From Ramazzottius varieornatus (Eukaryota > Animalia > Tardigrada), in the NCBI GenBank assembly GCA_001949185.1, contig BDGG01000008.1:1178001-1242000 (forward strand): 64,000 bases of DNA. The letters run 5' to 3'. Below are positions 40,901 to 52,973 of the stretch, one piece after another. The stretch's first letter is position 1. Every line of letters starts with the position of its first letter. Under the pieces are notes generated by a model. The model was not told the DNA's origin, ran no database searches, and saw only the letters and a list, made by a program, of their open reading frames with translations. Made by a program: the position numbers and the translations under genes.

Positions 40901-43825
40901 TTTTTTTGCAGCTGAAAACGGAGATTATGCCCCAAACATCCACACCCCGGAATTTGTGTCAGAGTACCGGTTCGTCCCGGAAGAGCAGCAGACGGATGAG
41001 ATGGAAAATTCCATCATCGAAATGTACAAGAAACAAGAGTACGTACCTCTCATTCACTCATCGGATCAGTTCGAAAGGAATCTGTTTTGTTTTGCAGAGG
41101 AAGAACACCGGCGAACGTTGAGTTTACCTACCTTCTCAAAGCCAAAAACCTCGAGCTGTACGGTGTGGACGTCCACGTCGTCTTTTCAACGAAAGACCAC
41201 CAAGAATATTCGCTAGGGTTGACACCTAACGGTATCCTTGTGCGAGACAAGGAAGGCGAACTTCTGGGAAACTTTAATTGGTAAGTCCGTGGATCAACTA
41301 GTGAAGCAGCGTTTTCACGCTAGCCGGCAGCCGTATTCTGACACCCATATTGCTTTTCTCTTCAGGGATAAGACCGAACACATAAATTTGGACGGGAAAA
41401 AACTACGGCTGTGGGTATACGATGACGAACACCGCGACAGTTACCCCTTTGTCTTCATGTCTTCCAGCAAGAAGGCCGCCAAGCACCTGTGGAAGTGCGC
41501 CGTGGAGCACAACACCTTCTTCCGCACCACGGCGCCCCTCCACCCACCGACCATCCGCCAGAACTTTTTCCGAATGGGTTCACGTTTCCGTCATACGGGT
41601 AAAACAGCTGCTCAGATGGCTACGGAAGCTCGGCCTGTGCAGAAAGCGCAGTTCGAGCGGCGACCCAGTCAGCGCTACTCACGAAGGTCGACCATTCGGC
41701 GAGCGCCAGCTGCCACCACCAACAGCGGCACTTCACATGTCAACACCACAGCGGCGACAGCTACCGAGAACGCCTGGTCATTGAAATCGGTACCGACATC
41801 GCCCACAGGCACTTCCGAGATACTAGCTTCACGTACCATCAGGTATGATGTCTTTTTCCATCAATCAAACTCCCGGCCACTTCTATGACCATCACATTTG
41901 CATACTGAATAACATCGAAAGAATATTGTAATCGAATTCTTGTTTTTTTGTCTTATAGTCCTCAGTCGCCGCCAAAGACCTCAGTACAGAACTTGGCCGC
42001 TGTGCCGCAGTTTCCGATGGCTGAGAGTTCTTGCGAAGTGTTAGCCACCACTTTCTTGAGCATGAGCGACTGTCCGCCTCCGTTACCTCCTCGACTTGGA
42101 GGCAACGAGCGAAGTCCCTCCTTGAGCGAGATTGCTAACCGCGATCTGATACGGTCGTCCTCTGCACGGACACTTGTTGCCAGTCCAGTTGGTAAGCCCA
42201 CTAAACTGAACAACAAACGGGGAAAATCCCATTTCTTTATTTCGGTAACAGCGTTTATCACTCGGTAGAATCGACCGGACTAAACAAGCCGGCGGACCCA
42301 CCTTCTTCAAGCGACTCGCCTTTGAAATCCACCAAGCCGTACCACTTCACCTTCACTCCGGCAGCACTGCCTTTGGAGTCACAAGTGGCACCATTGTTGC
42401 CGTCAAAGTCGGAAGAATTCAGGCGTAGTAGAGGAGCTTTGGACAACACCTTCACGACGACCTCGACGCTACCAACAGCGCCAACGACCGTGACCACTTC
42501 GTACACAACGTCCTTCGACCAACCCATTCCGCGAGAGATCAACGGGTACGCGCTTCGCCACTGTCACATTTCATTTCCCTGAACGACGCGGTATGCCCTC
42601 TTTCACTGAGATGTTGTGTTCCATTCAGGTTCAGACTGAAGTCGGCCGAAACCGTCATAACGAAGGACCCGACCACGCCCAAGGAACTAATCAGCATCTT
42701 GAAAAAGTATATGTTGCTTTCTTAGCACCGAATCTCTTTCGTGCTATATGAGGGAAACAGACATGAGTTGGAAAAGTAAGTGAAGCTTCGTTTCGTTGTA
42801 GAGATGTTGAGGTACCTTCCTTGGCGACCAATCGTCATCCTTCGAGCGATTCAGGTCGCGCTTCACCACCAAGTGATCCTTCGGTATCGCCCTCGCGGAC
42901 TTCCAGTGCTCTGTCAGCGGTAAGTGCGACCATCTCTTGTCGTTTCCGGAACGTAACGCTTGTTGTTTACGCTTTGCATTGCTCGGTGATTGTGCTTTCG
43001 TTTCATCGCACTTTGCCATTTGCTCAACAGGTGTCCAAGAGCCTGATGGACATGGGTGTCATGGGCGATATCGATACTGCTCCGCTTCTTCGTGATTTCG
43101 AGAATGATCATGATGAGGCGGAAGCACTGCCTACTCCGCTGCTAGCTTACGAAGTGGCGGTTCGCGAAGGCTTGCAGACGCAGGAACCTGAAAGCAATAC
43201 CCCGCTCGCAGCTTTCCCCAATTACATTACGCTGGCTTGTCACAGCGAGACTGCTGCTTTGCTTGATAATATGCACTTGGCACCCCAAGTTACCGCTTCG
43301 TTCACAAGTACCGCTGTTGTAAGTTTTGGTGTTGCTGCTGACGCTTTGCTCGATCACGGCACAAATTCAGGTCTGCTACTTAGATTTGGGAAAAAGTGCC
43401 AAAGCTGGATCAGCTTTCAGACGTAGCGTACGGTTATGGTGTTTTTAGCTGGAAGCGTGCGCCACTCGGGAAAATATTCTCGTCGAGCTTTGACATTGTA
43501 TTTGTGAACATCATTCTTGATTTCGAAACTGTAAGTTTCTGTGCATATCGTAACGGGTTTGCTACTGTAGGAGGCGTCGAATGAATCAAACAGTGTTACG
43601 AGATCGGGTTCGGGAGCTTCGACAGGTTCCACCGGGATCACCCAAGTGAAGTACACACCGGCCAACAGTATCAGCAACGCGACCTACCAGCCCACGTCGT
43701 GGATCAGGCCGGACGTGGTCCCAGTTCCTGATATACCGTCCTTTTCCAAGGCCGAACCGGAACGAACCTTCTTCTCGAAGCACGAACCGGACAAAGTGCG
43801 ACGAGTCATCACCACAGAACTGTGA
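34933..43825 (+). CDS. EPB41L5: FERM/FA-domain band 4.1-like protein (yurt/EPB41L5); first intron about 5 kb
   Basis: [73 protein letters not shown]; C-terminal PDZ-binding ITTEL*. Confidence 0.9.
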
Positions 43826-44314
43826 AGCTTTCTAACTTTGTAAATGAATACCAATTAATTTGCAGTTTTATAAGCTTTGCTTGTTAACGTCTTGTGCATG
43901 CTGTACTTTAGTCGTGTTCTACAGCCTTGCTGTCTTTCTTACGGTTCACTACACTTTTCCAGTTTTATTATCCAGCACTGATTTTAGCTTTGAAACTTTC
44001 AGTTCAACCGGCGTTACTACCTCTTATCTGTCCCGAGTTCGTGTTTGCTATTGCATTACTTTCCAGCTCTACAACAACACTACACCATGGTCCATGACTC
44101 GAGCAAAGGCTTCGACGTGAATGATAGTGTGGCAGAATGGGAGAAAGTAAGATAAGGTCTTCGTAACAGTGCATAAAAGATAAAAAACGACTATACAAAA
44201 ATTCTGGAAGGCATTAGGACATGAATGCAGGAATCTTGAACCTGCTTGAGCTGCGGGTTCGCATTTCCGGAGAGGACGGCTACGGAACAGACAGTTATAC
44301 TGTAACTGGCGACA

Positions 44315-45631
44315 TCAGGGAATATTCAGAGATCGTTGCGGAGTACGTACCAGTGCAGATCCGACTGAGGCAGCATTAGGAAACTTTGCTTCTATTACCT
44401 ATACGAGAATAGGGGAAAACAAACATTCAGACTAACGATTATCGACATTAGGACAAGTTGTGGCCAGCCGGAAGTAGTCTGTGGTTCGTACCTTATCAAA
44501 GAACGCGTGTAACGTTTTTAGCTTCGCCGATTCCGGTGTGAGGTCCGTTGCGTCAAGGCAACTCTATAAATCAGTAAGCGTCTGTCTCCAGCAACAGAGA
44601 AGAAGTAAGTGACTTACCAATCGGATTTCCGAAGCTCTGTAGTCATCGATCGCTTTGTCGACCCATACGCGATGTTCCGACCGTACATGAGAAGGGAGAT
44701 CCGTTTTGGTTCCTACTATCAACACTGGTATCTTCCGAGTGGGCAGGAGTTTGCGTTCGTCGCCGACAGTGACACCTTCCGGTGCGCGTCCATACCTGAT
44801 GACACACATAGGAAACAATGGTTCGAACTTTGGAAAGACTGTACAATACATAGTAATCTTAGCGGCATCTTACATGGTCTCGAAGCCTCCATCCGTCCGT
44901 TCGTATGTGTAACTAGCCAGTTCTTGTCTCCAGAACTGTAAGCGATGACAAGAGCGAGCGCTTGACAGGTCGTATAGAAGGATCACTCCGTTGTAGTCGT
45001 GGTAGAACATCCGCCGAGAAATGACATGTGTATGCGTTGCTCTGTAAAGACAAACAGTTTCCGTCAATGAAACCACATGGTGCTTTTGGATAAAAGAATA
45101 TCTCATTCGGTGGCGAGATCCTTGATACTTTTTTGGCTGCAAGATCTTACCCAATTTCCAAAAACTCGATGAAATAGTCTTTCGGTTCACGACGACTCTT
45201 TTCGATGTATCTGGACTCAAACGAGAGCAGAGACTGCGTGGCTAGTTCTTTGGGAGGTTCCGGACAATATGTGTAGAGCTGCAGAGGAAAAGAAGCATAT
45301 CAGCGTCCAACCAGGAACAGACGACGGATAGGAAAACAGAAGACAACACCTGTCCGAACATAAGCAACTCGATTATTGCATACCATCACTTCCAGGTCGC
45401 ATCCCACTGTTGGGCCAGGAGTCTTCGTAACGGGCTGGCCGGTACTGAGTAACCTTATCAGGGACGTCTTACCAGCCGCTGTAATGGAAAGAGATCATCT
45501 GTCAACCGTAAGGTTAGACTGTTAAAGAATAGAGAATCGTATAGCGAACTCCATTCCATTATCCAACAGCACGCTCAAATGACTTTACCGACGTCTCCCA
45601 TTACGAGGATCCTTACATTGTCGATCGACAT
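44315..45631 (-). CDS. RABL3: Rab-like protein 3 (small GTPase), multi-exon
   Basis: MSIDNVRILVMGDV|AAGKTSL P-loop, PTVGCDLEV, FYHDYNGVILLYDLS, IPVLIVGTKTD, LHAFFDK|VIE. Confidence 0.8.
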
Positions 45632-45898
45632 TGTTCCGCCAATTATACTGTGATCCTCCGAGCAATGCCTCCGCGAAGTATGTCGATGAAATTCTGCTTT
45701 GACACCCGATGTGAACCTCCAAACGCCGAACGTCCGAAGTCCTGACTTCCGATCAGGAATTGCAAAGTGACAGTGCCAACTTGATTGTTTACCTTTAATC
45801 AAGTCAGCTCCAATCCACCACCCGCTGAATGAGGTTTGAGTATTCTGACGTCATCGAATTCCCATCAGATTAAAATCGATATTTCGACTACAAACATG

Positions 45899-46055
45899 AG
45901 AGATTGCGCAAACCTGTCAGCGACGAGGCGTCAGGATAAGGATCCGGAAATCCATTCAAAAAAACGACGACATTGGTAGCGCATCAATGAATCAGTCAAT
46001 GGACTTCCTGATCCTGGTCCTGACGCCTCGTCGCTGACAGGTTTGCGCAATCTCT
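45899..46055. mobile_element. Fold-back MITE-like inverted repeat between the RABL3 and GPALPP1 starts
   Basis: 38-bp perfect arms AGAGATTGCGCAAACCTGTCAGCGACGAGGCGTCAGGA, extendable to about 58 bp with mismatches. Confidence 0.75.
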
Positions 46056-46189
46056 TAATTTTCTCATTAGTCGTATGCCAATTTTCAACGTTCTTCTGTT
46101 CCGTAACTTTGACATCAGAACACCGCGCTGTTACCTTCCTACGTGCTGCACAGTGTCTACAGGAGATCCGTCGACTCTGGTGTAGGAAG

Positions 46190-47188
46190 ATGACTACATA
46201 CGGACCAACATTACCTCCTGGATACGCTCAACCAGAAGATGAAAGACCTCGGACGGGCATCGGGCTGGATCGTGAAAATGGTGAGTTTACTGATGCTCCA
46301 GCTGTACGGATGAGACCATCACCCATCACCCATCACCGTATTCTGTTGTTTATAGGAAACCAGACAGTAGATGGCAAAGCAGCAGTGGAATCAGTTCTAT
46401 CAGATACGACTGAAGCTACCTCAAAGCCAAAGCCCGTTATTGGTCCAGAATTGCCTCCTGGCTTCCAGCGTTTCCCAGTCAGCCCAGAACTTGTGTCTAA
46501 AGCACCTTTAACTCGTGTGCTCGGTCCAACACTCCCTGCGGAGCTGGCTCGAGAAGATGTTGGTTCCGAAGTGTCGGGTGACGAAGAAGAGGACGACTAC
46601 GCCTGTGTTGGTCCATCGCCTACCTTGATGGTGGACGAATACTCGGCTTCCGCTGCGATGGTGGATAGGCTGGAACGACAAGAAAGAAGGTTAGCAGAAG
46701 CTGCTATGCCTCAAGCCCCGCAACGAGAAGCATGGATGACGGACTTGCCGGAAGAGCTACTGGGCAGGAACGTCGTGCCTACTACGATCACTGGTCCGAG
46801 GACCTTCAAAAGGAGGACTGACGAGTATGAAGCGGACTTCTCCGGATGGACAGCGGGACCTGATGGAAAGAAACCAAAGCAGAGTAAGGAGAAGAAGGAA
46901 CTGTCGTCACTGGAAAGGCTGGAGACGGAACAGTCGCTGCAAAGAGAGAAGATGCTGGAGAAGGAAGTGGAGAAGCATAATCAGCAGAAGCGGGCCGACA
47001 GTCTGGTGAGCATTGCACAAAAGAACACTCCAGGGAAGGATACGAGTGTACGAAGGCCCTTTGATCGTGAGAAGGACCTGAGTATCCAGAAGGTGGGAAG
47101 GATGGACAAGGAAGATATCGTCAGGCGAGCGTCGGAACTGCAGGGCCGTTTCTCTACTTCGGCTAAACCGGGACAGAAGTTCCTATGA
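46190..47188 (+). CDS. GPALPP1: GPALPP motifs-containing protein 1 (DUF3752); probable in-frame intron 46281-46355
   Basis: YGPTLPP, IGPELPP, LGPTLP, QREAWMT, RRPFDREKDL, terminal KFL. Confidence 0.85.
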   Translation: MTTYGPTLPPGYAQPEDERPRTGIGLDRENGEFTDAPAVRMRPSPITHHRILLFIGNQTVDGKAAVESVLSDTTEATSKPKPVIGPELPPGFQRFPVSPELVSKAPLTRVLGPTLPAELAREDVGSEVSGDEEEDDYACVGPSPTLMVDEYSASAAMVDRLERQERRLAEAAMPQAPQREAWMTDLPEELLGRNVVPTTITGPRTFKRRTDEYEADFSGWTAGPDGKKPKQSKEKKELSSLERLETEQSLQREKMLEKEVEKHNQQKRADSLVSIAQKNTPGKDTSVRRPFDREKDLSIQKVGRMDKEDIVRRASELQGRFSTSAKPGQKFL

Positions 47189-47329
47189 TTTTTTTCCAGA
47201 GAGATGCTGCAACTGCTGCGGCCAGTTGAATACTTTAGTGCAGTACCATAATGTACTGTGGCCTTTATTCTCCAACAGAAAAGCTTCATCTGAATCATCT
47301 TTCGTCCAAGTGATAGGTTCTGGTTTGAG

Positions 47330-47469
47330 TACGAGGTAAAACCAGCGGACTTGTCATGTGAAATCGCATGGCGAAGTTGTCCACAAGGGAAACAGAGAGA
47401 GTAGCAGACAACTGTGGACAACTTCGCCATGCGATTTCACATGGACAAGTCCGCTAGTTCTACCTCGTA
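47330..47469. mobile_element. Tc1/mariner-type MITE (TA-CGAGGTA ends), almost fully palindromic
   Basis: TACGAGGTAAAACCAGCGGACTTGTCATGTGAAATCGCATGGCGAAGTTGTCCACA and its near reverse complement; TA at both ends. Confidence 0.8.
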
Positions 47470-48749
47470 CTGTGAGTGTACTCTGTTATCAGTGTTATGA
47501 CATTATTGTTCTGTGACCACGTAGGGCTTATCGTTGGTCATCCGAGCCAAAGCAATCAATACTCGCGTATGATCCGAATTTGGCGACGTGAAAACTCTTC
47601 GTTTATCAATTAACAGAACAGATAGTTTTTCGGCCGCGATGTCTTTCTTCGAAGGTTATCTGTCTGCTGGTAATGCAGGGTACAGGTGGGATTTGCGCAA
47701 GACGAAGTCACGTGGTTTGCCGTATTGGGCAATAAGACCTCGTGACACAGGCTGATTGAAGTCTCAACATGGAGACCTTGATTGGTTTCCGGTAGAAAAT
47801 TTACCGCTCTTCGGAAATTTCAAATTTTCCGACGAGATTTTCTTTAGTACAACAGTGTCTCTTCGATTCTGTTCTGATTTCCATCATTGCTCTTCTGAAA
47901 TATCTTGTTATCGCTGAGAACGGAACAGGTTTACGTGTCTTCTCGTGCGATTGCCTGTTACCGTTTGCCATAGGACGGCTGTTTTCAGCTGAGCATCCAC
48001 GCAGGACCGTCTGTGCGATCACCTCTTCCTGGTGCTAAAGTAGTCTTTTCCGGACAGAATCTGGATATTCCGCTGGAAGATCATTTATTACTTCTAACAC
48101 CCGTAAGCCTTTCCGTAATTGAAACCGTCCCAGTAGACTTCATAGAGGACTTCGTTGACATACCCAAGGGGACTCTAAATCGCAAACTCACCAGAGGAAG
48201 CTCGAGCTCCAGACAGCACGATCCTTTACTCAGAATGATTCCCCGATTTTTTCTGATAATTTTTTTGAGGATTTTTTTCCAAGTTTTTGATGTGTCATAA
48301 GTCGTGATTTCGGCCCTAATCGATTCTGCACTAATCATTCGAAGATGTTGGAGTACTGACTAAGACGGAATTGATAACCCTGTTGATAGTACTACTTGAC
48401 GGCACTGCACGATGAACAGGGTATACCGTATACGTGGACCCGCCACCCATGGGTCTTGCTACTGTCGCTAGACTGACTACCAAAATTTGACCATTGGTCT
48501 TGCTAGACTGACCACTGGTGGCTCACTATTGGTGTTGCTCGATTGGCCATTGGTTTTTGTGGGTCGGCCGCTTGGAAAAAAAACAAAGCTGGCCGCTAGT
48601 GTACCAGGTTGGCTGCTGTACCAGGTGCTGGCAGTCGCTGGTGATGCTCACGTGGCGTATGTGCTATACCTTATATAAGGTCCAATCGCGTACGTACAAC
48701 AGACGATTAATGGGTAGAGACCACTTTCGGTGCCAAGAAATTTCTCTTT

Positions 48750-48900
48750 GATCTTCCGCCATAAGCTCAAGTTTGCCATTTTTTGCCCCAATTTAAGGGC
48801 TTTAGAATGCCTGAACAGCTTTCTACCATGACTCAAGCGGTCCATGATCCATTCTAAAGCTCCGCTGGAAGGTCAGCCTTTTGGGCGGAGTTCTCGCAAA
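48750..48900. repeat. Dispersed repeat, second copy at ~52620-52770
   Basis: Shared CCCCAATTTAAGGGCTTTAGAATGCCTGAACAGCTTTCTAC...TTTGGGCGGAG.TCTCGCAA. Confidence 0.85.
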
Positions 48901-50230
48901 CCGTTGACAAACCGATGCAGGGGATTGCACGTGACAACTGTGGCCACAGATTCGGGTCGTTGTGAAGGGCCCACCGCCATGTCTTTTGGTAATTCGATAT
49001 CTTGTCCCTACGTTCTTTCTCGACGTCGTACGTACGGAAATTCATCAATTAGACCTAAAACACAAATGTAAATCATGTTTTGTTTTGTGTATCAGTATAG
49101 GCTTCTGTTTTCTGCACCAAGCATTTTTTACCCGGCGCGATAAGGGTGGTTTTCGGTGAACGCTTCAAAAAAGAATCGAGACGAAGAATTTCTGTTTGTT
49201 TCGAGGAAGTGTATCTTGAGTAGCTCATAATCGGGTTTAAATTTGTAATCGAACTTGTCTCTCTTCTTCCTTTCCGCCAGAGGAGCAGATTTTTCGTTCA
49301 AGTACGCGATCATGAAGCCGCTGAGATCGTCCACGTTTGGATCCGCTTCCACCAAACGCCGTACATTTGAGTACTTCACCAATATGCTGGTAATCGTTGT
49401 CGATCCGTTTTATCTGTAATGTAAACCTTTCCGTGTTACATTTAGTGGTTTGGTGGTATCGGTGTGAAGGGATGAACCTTTACTTCCATTTCCTCCATGT
49501 TCGAGATTCACTGGACCAAGACTGAGAGTTCCCGAGGGAGCAGCTTAGCTTCACCGGAGCGGGATAAGGAGATGAACGGGGCAAAAGAGCCTTCGCCAAT
49601 GTGGTCAGAGCGAGGGCGGCGAGTATTCTTGGGCGACCGTGTCCGAAACACTCATCCTGCAATCAAATAGCTTCACCAAAGACACTGAAGGAATGCTGAG
49701 GAACCACATGGAACTGAGAGATTGCGATCGAAGGTCCGACTCTTACATGTGAGCGAAACTCTCACAAGTTCACGCCATTGTTGTCGTTTTTCTCGAAACG
49801 GCCAAGCAGAAAAACGACAATAATGACGTCACATCATCAGAGTTTTGCTCACATCAGTCACATGCGAGGGTCGGACCTTTGGTCGCAATCTTCTGAATAT
49901 CGACCGAAACTTCTAACAGTGTTATTGTTGTCTACGTTTGATCAAGGAATCAACCGAAGACACTCCGTTCACGCTTGCACCACGAAGCACGTGATCAAAT
50001 GCGGTACACCATAAGGAGCAGACCACATGATCAAACCGCGCCATTCAGCCCGTTGCAGCGGGAGTTTTTCATCAGTGTTGAACAAAGTACCGGTACTACC
50101 CGATAATACCTGTACTAAGTATCGATTTCGCTGTACTTGTACTTTACCAGGTACCGACAGTTGATACCTGTACCTTACGCGAGGTATTTCAGGTATCTAC
50201 CAGGTAATACCGGGTACTGAAGGCTGGCAG

Positions 50231-50957
50231 TACGAGGTAGAGGGCATGAGTTTTGCGTATTTATTTTTGGGTCATGAGTTTTGTAATTCATGCAAAAATA
50301 ACCAGTGGCAGATCAAACGTTGTTTCTGGATAGAATGGTACAATCATTCATGGTCTCCCTCGCTATTACGGTATCAAGCGTTTGGGAGCAGGTAGTTCAG
50401 ATATACGATGCTCGACCGGAAGGAGGGTTGCTCCCATGTTAAAGAGCCTACGAATTCAAAAGTATCAAGGCCGCCAGAGGCGCTCAAGTAGCAGTTTTCG
50501 ATGAAGCAATGACTTCTACGTCAGCCGCGGATACACGTCACGAAGCTGGTTTTTGAGTGTGAACGAAGCCATAAGTTGTACAGCGCTGGTATGCGGCTTA
50601 CATGACGTACTTCCGGCGCATAGTCAGTAGACAGCTGCCAGCTAATACCGCGAGGCCAAATTTCATAAAGGATCATCTTCTGAATTCTTACTCCAGGCCC
50701 TTAGACATGGCTTCCTTCAAACTCCTCACAGCCTCTCAGGTTAGCAAGCAGTTGAGCATGGACGATGCTGTTCGTGTAGTGAAGGAAGGAGGGATAACAA
50801 TGTACGCCGCAGCAAAGCAGCATGTAGCCGACTTGTAAAGTCATACGGCTTATAGCAGCTGACTGCAAGACGTACGTGTGCTGCCACCGTAAACCGCAAC
50901 TACGCAAAACTCATAGGCCAAATTAAAATACGCAAAACTCATGACTTCTACCTCGTA
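50231..50957 (+). mobile_element. Non-autonomous Tc1/mariner (pogo-like) element with psq-type HTH remnant
   Basis: TIRs TACGAGGTAGAGGGCATGAGTTTTGCGTATTT / AAATACGCAAAACTCATGACTTCTACCTCGTA; internal MDDAVRVVKEGGITMYAAAKQH. Confidence 0.75.
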
Positions 50958-51791
50958 ATCACAGAAAAAAACCGCGAAAGTACTGGACGCTTCGGTTCAA
51001 TTTTCAGAAATATTAGCGTTTTTGAGCCCAAAACACGACGCTGCTCATATGGGGCATTGTACTACGTTCGACCGTATTACAACTAGCGCATGTGCGGTCT
51101 CGCTCAATGCGAAGAATGGAGCCCATGCACCTAATGTATGCCAGCGTTATGGTGTATATAGATGCCAACAGTGCATTTTATCAAAACGAGTGTTCTCTGG
51201 TAGCGGCTTTGTGGACAGTAAGCCACGGAACAGAATTGCACCAAAGAATAATTATTTAGTTAATCTTCTTCATGGAACTGGTCTACGTCCGAGTGTCCAA
51301 GTTTCTCGATTTTGTTTAGGGTGCCGTTTTCTAGTTGATGGTTTGCCGGTCCTGGAAATTATTTTCCGCTGCACTTTCGGTATTCTTTTTCGACAGTACT
51401 TTACCGGCGGTATTACCTGTAAATCTTGCCAACGATACTTCACCCGCGATGCGAGCCGGAATACTTTATTTTACCGAGTACCGAAGAGCCAGAACTAGTT
51501 CAGCACTGCTTTTCACGATCCCGCAACAATGTGAATTACGCGATCCAGTTTAATTATTCTAGTCGTCTAGTTTTTCTTTTCTAGAGTCTCAGCTGATGGA
51601 CAATGAAGTATCCGCGATAATCGGACTGATGGACGAGCTGAGGATCACTCCACCCAACACCACAGCCAAACTTCTTCGCTCAATGGACGATTTTCGTGTG
51701 ACCATGCCTTCTGCTTTGGGTGACGTCATACACCGAACGGACTAGTATCGGAGCGCGGTGCCCATGGATTTCTCATAAGGTTAGGGCTCAC

Positions 51792-51960
51792 TCGTCAGCG
51801 ATAATTTTTCAGGGGCTGAGCTCTGTACAAATTTATCTGAAGTAAAAATAAGGCTTGTCCAGTGTTATTTTACTGTGCAATTAGAACTAATAAAAGTCAC
51901 GTGCTAATGTTAAGTCCACGTGATCAGCTGACTGCAAGTAAAATCAATTATCGCTGACGA
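51792..51960. repeat. Inverted-repeat-bounded AT-rich element (MITE remnant)
   Basis: TCGTCAGCGATAATT ... AATTATCGCTGACGA. Confidence 0.55.
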
Positions 51961-52973
51961 ATTTCAAATATTCAAATTAAAAATTAAAATTCGATTTCTT
52001 ATTATGAATCAATCAATCATACAAACACTAACCCGCACAATTAAAACGATCTTAATTATTAAAATCGATTCCTTATTATAATGACTAAAATAACACTGGG
52101 CTTGTCTACTCGGTTCAGTCAGATTTGATCAATCAGACTCGTGCGAATCAACTGGCGAAAACAGCATGATGGTTAACAAAGAATTGATTACTCTCACGAC
52201 CCTGCCGGCCGGACAATTGTACGACCGACAGGGTATGACGTAACTCGTGCTGCCTGCTGTACGATCGGCAGCGACTCGGCAGGGTGACTAGGTAGGAAGG
52301 TAGATGATCGTACAATGGTACAATCACCAGGGTGGATCGGTACGTTGATTGACCACTAGTGGTTGACCATTGGTCCTTCTGGGTTGAGCACTAGGGGTCG
52401 GCCATTGATTTTGCTATGTTTGACCACCGATACTAGGATCACTAGCCATTGGCATTGATAGGTTGACCGCCTAATAGCAGCTGGTTTATTGGCCCGTCCT
52501 TTCTGTCTATTGGCGCGGTACTCGGTCTGGGCGGAGTCCACAGTTTACTTGAGTTTATTATTTGACTGTAAGATGCTTTTTATTACGTCAGACGTGAATG
52601 AACCTTGGTTCCCATCCTCTGATCTTACCGCCATAGTCTCAGGCTTGCCAAGTTTCCCCAATTTAAGGGCTTTAGAATGCCTGAACAGCTTTCTACGATG
52701 ACTCAAGCGGTCTATGATTCATTCCAAAGCTCCGCCGGAAGGCCTGCTTTTTGGGCGGAGCTCTCGCAATAACGTCACCCAACAGAAACCAAGGTGCGCT
52801 TACAGAATGCTCCATATTTAATCAGGATGATTTGTATTCTTCGCATACTATATATTGCTTTTCGTTATTTCGAGCCTCGCGAGGCTCACCCGCGATTTTT
52901 GCCAAGCCTGAAGCCTCAAGGCTCAGAAACATGGTTTCCCTAGCCTGACAGGCTGATCAGCCTTACCCCTCCG

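Larger units (their letters stand above)
697..43480. repeat. Dispersed ~70-bp palindrome family GATC-Nx-AAGTGGCGCAC-N25-GTGCGCCACTT-Nx-GATC; the span covers all copies
   Basis: Units at 697-845 (two), 4199-4269, 7127-7190, ~16545-16605, 17612-17680, 19233-19290, 22337-22390, 24966-25034, 32965-33031, 38920-38985, 39555-39690 (two), 43408-43480; lone half-site near 16490. Confidence 0.85.

Noticed and set aside
50073-50226. GTACC-rich hAT-like MITE
   Set aside because: The left end CAGTGTTG is plausible, but no matching right TIR or TSD could be confirmed
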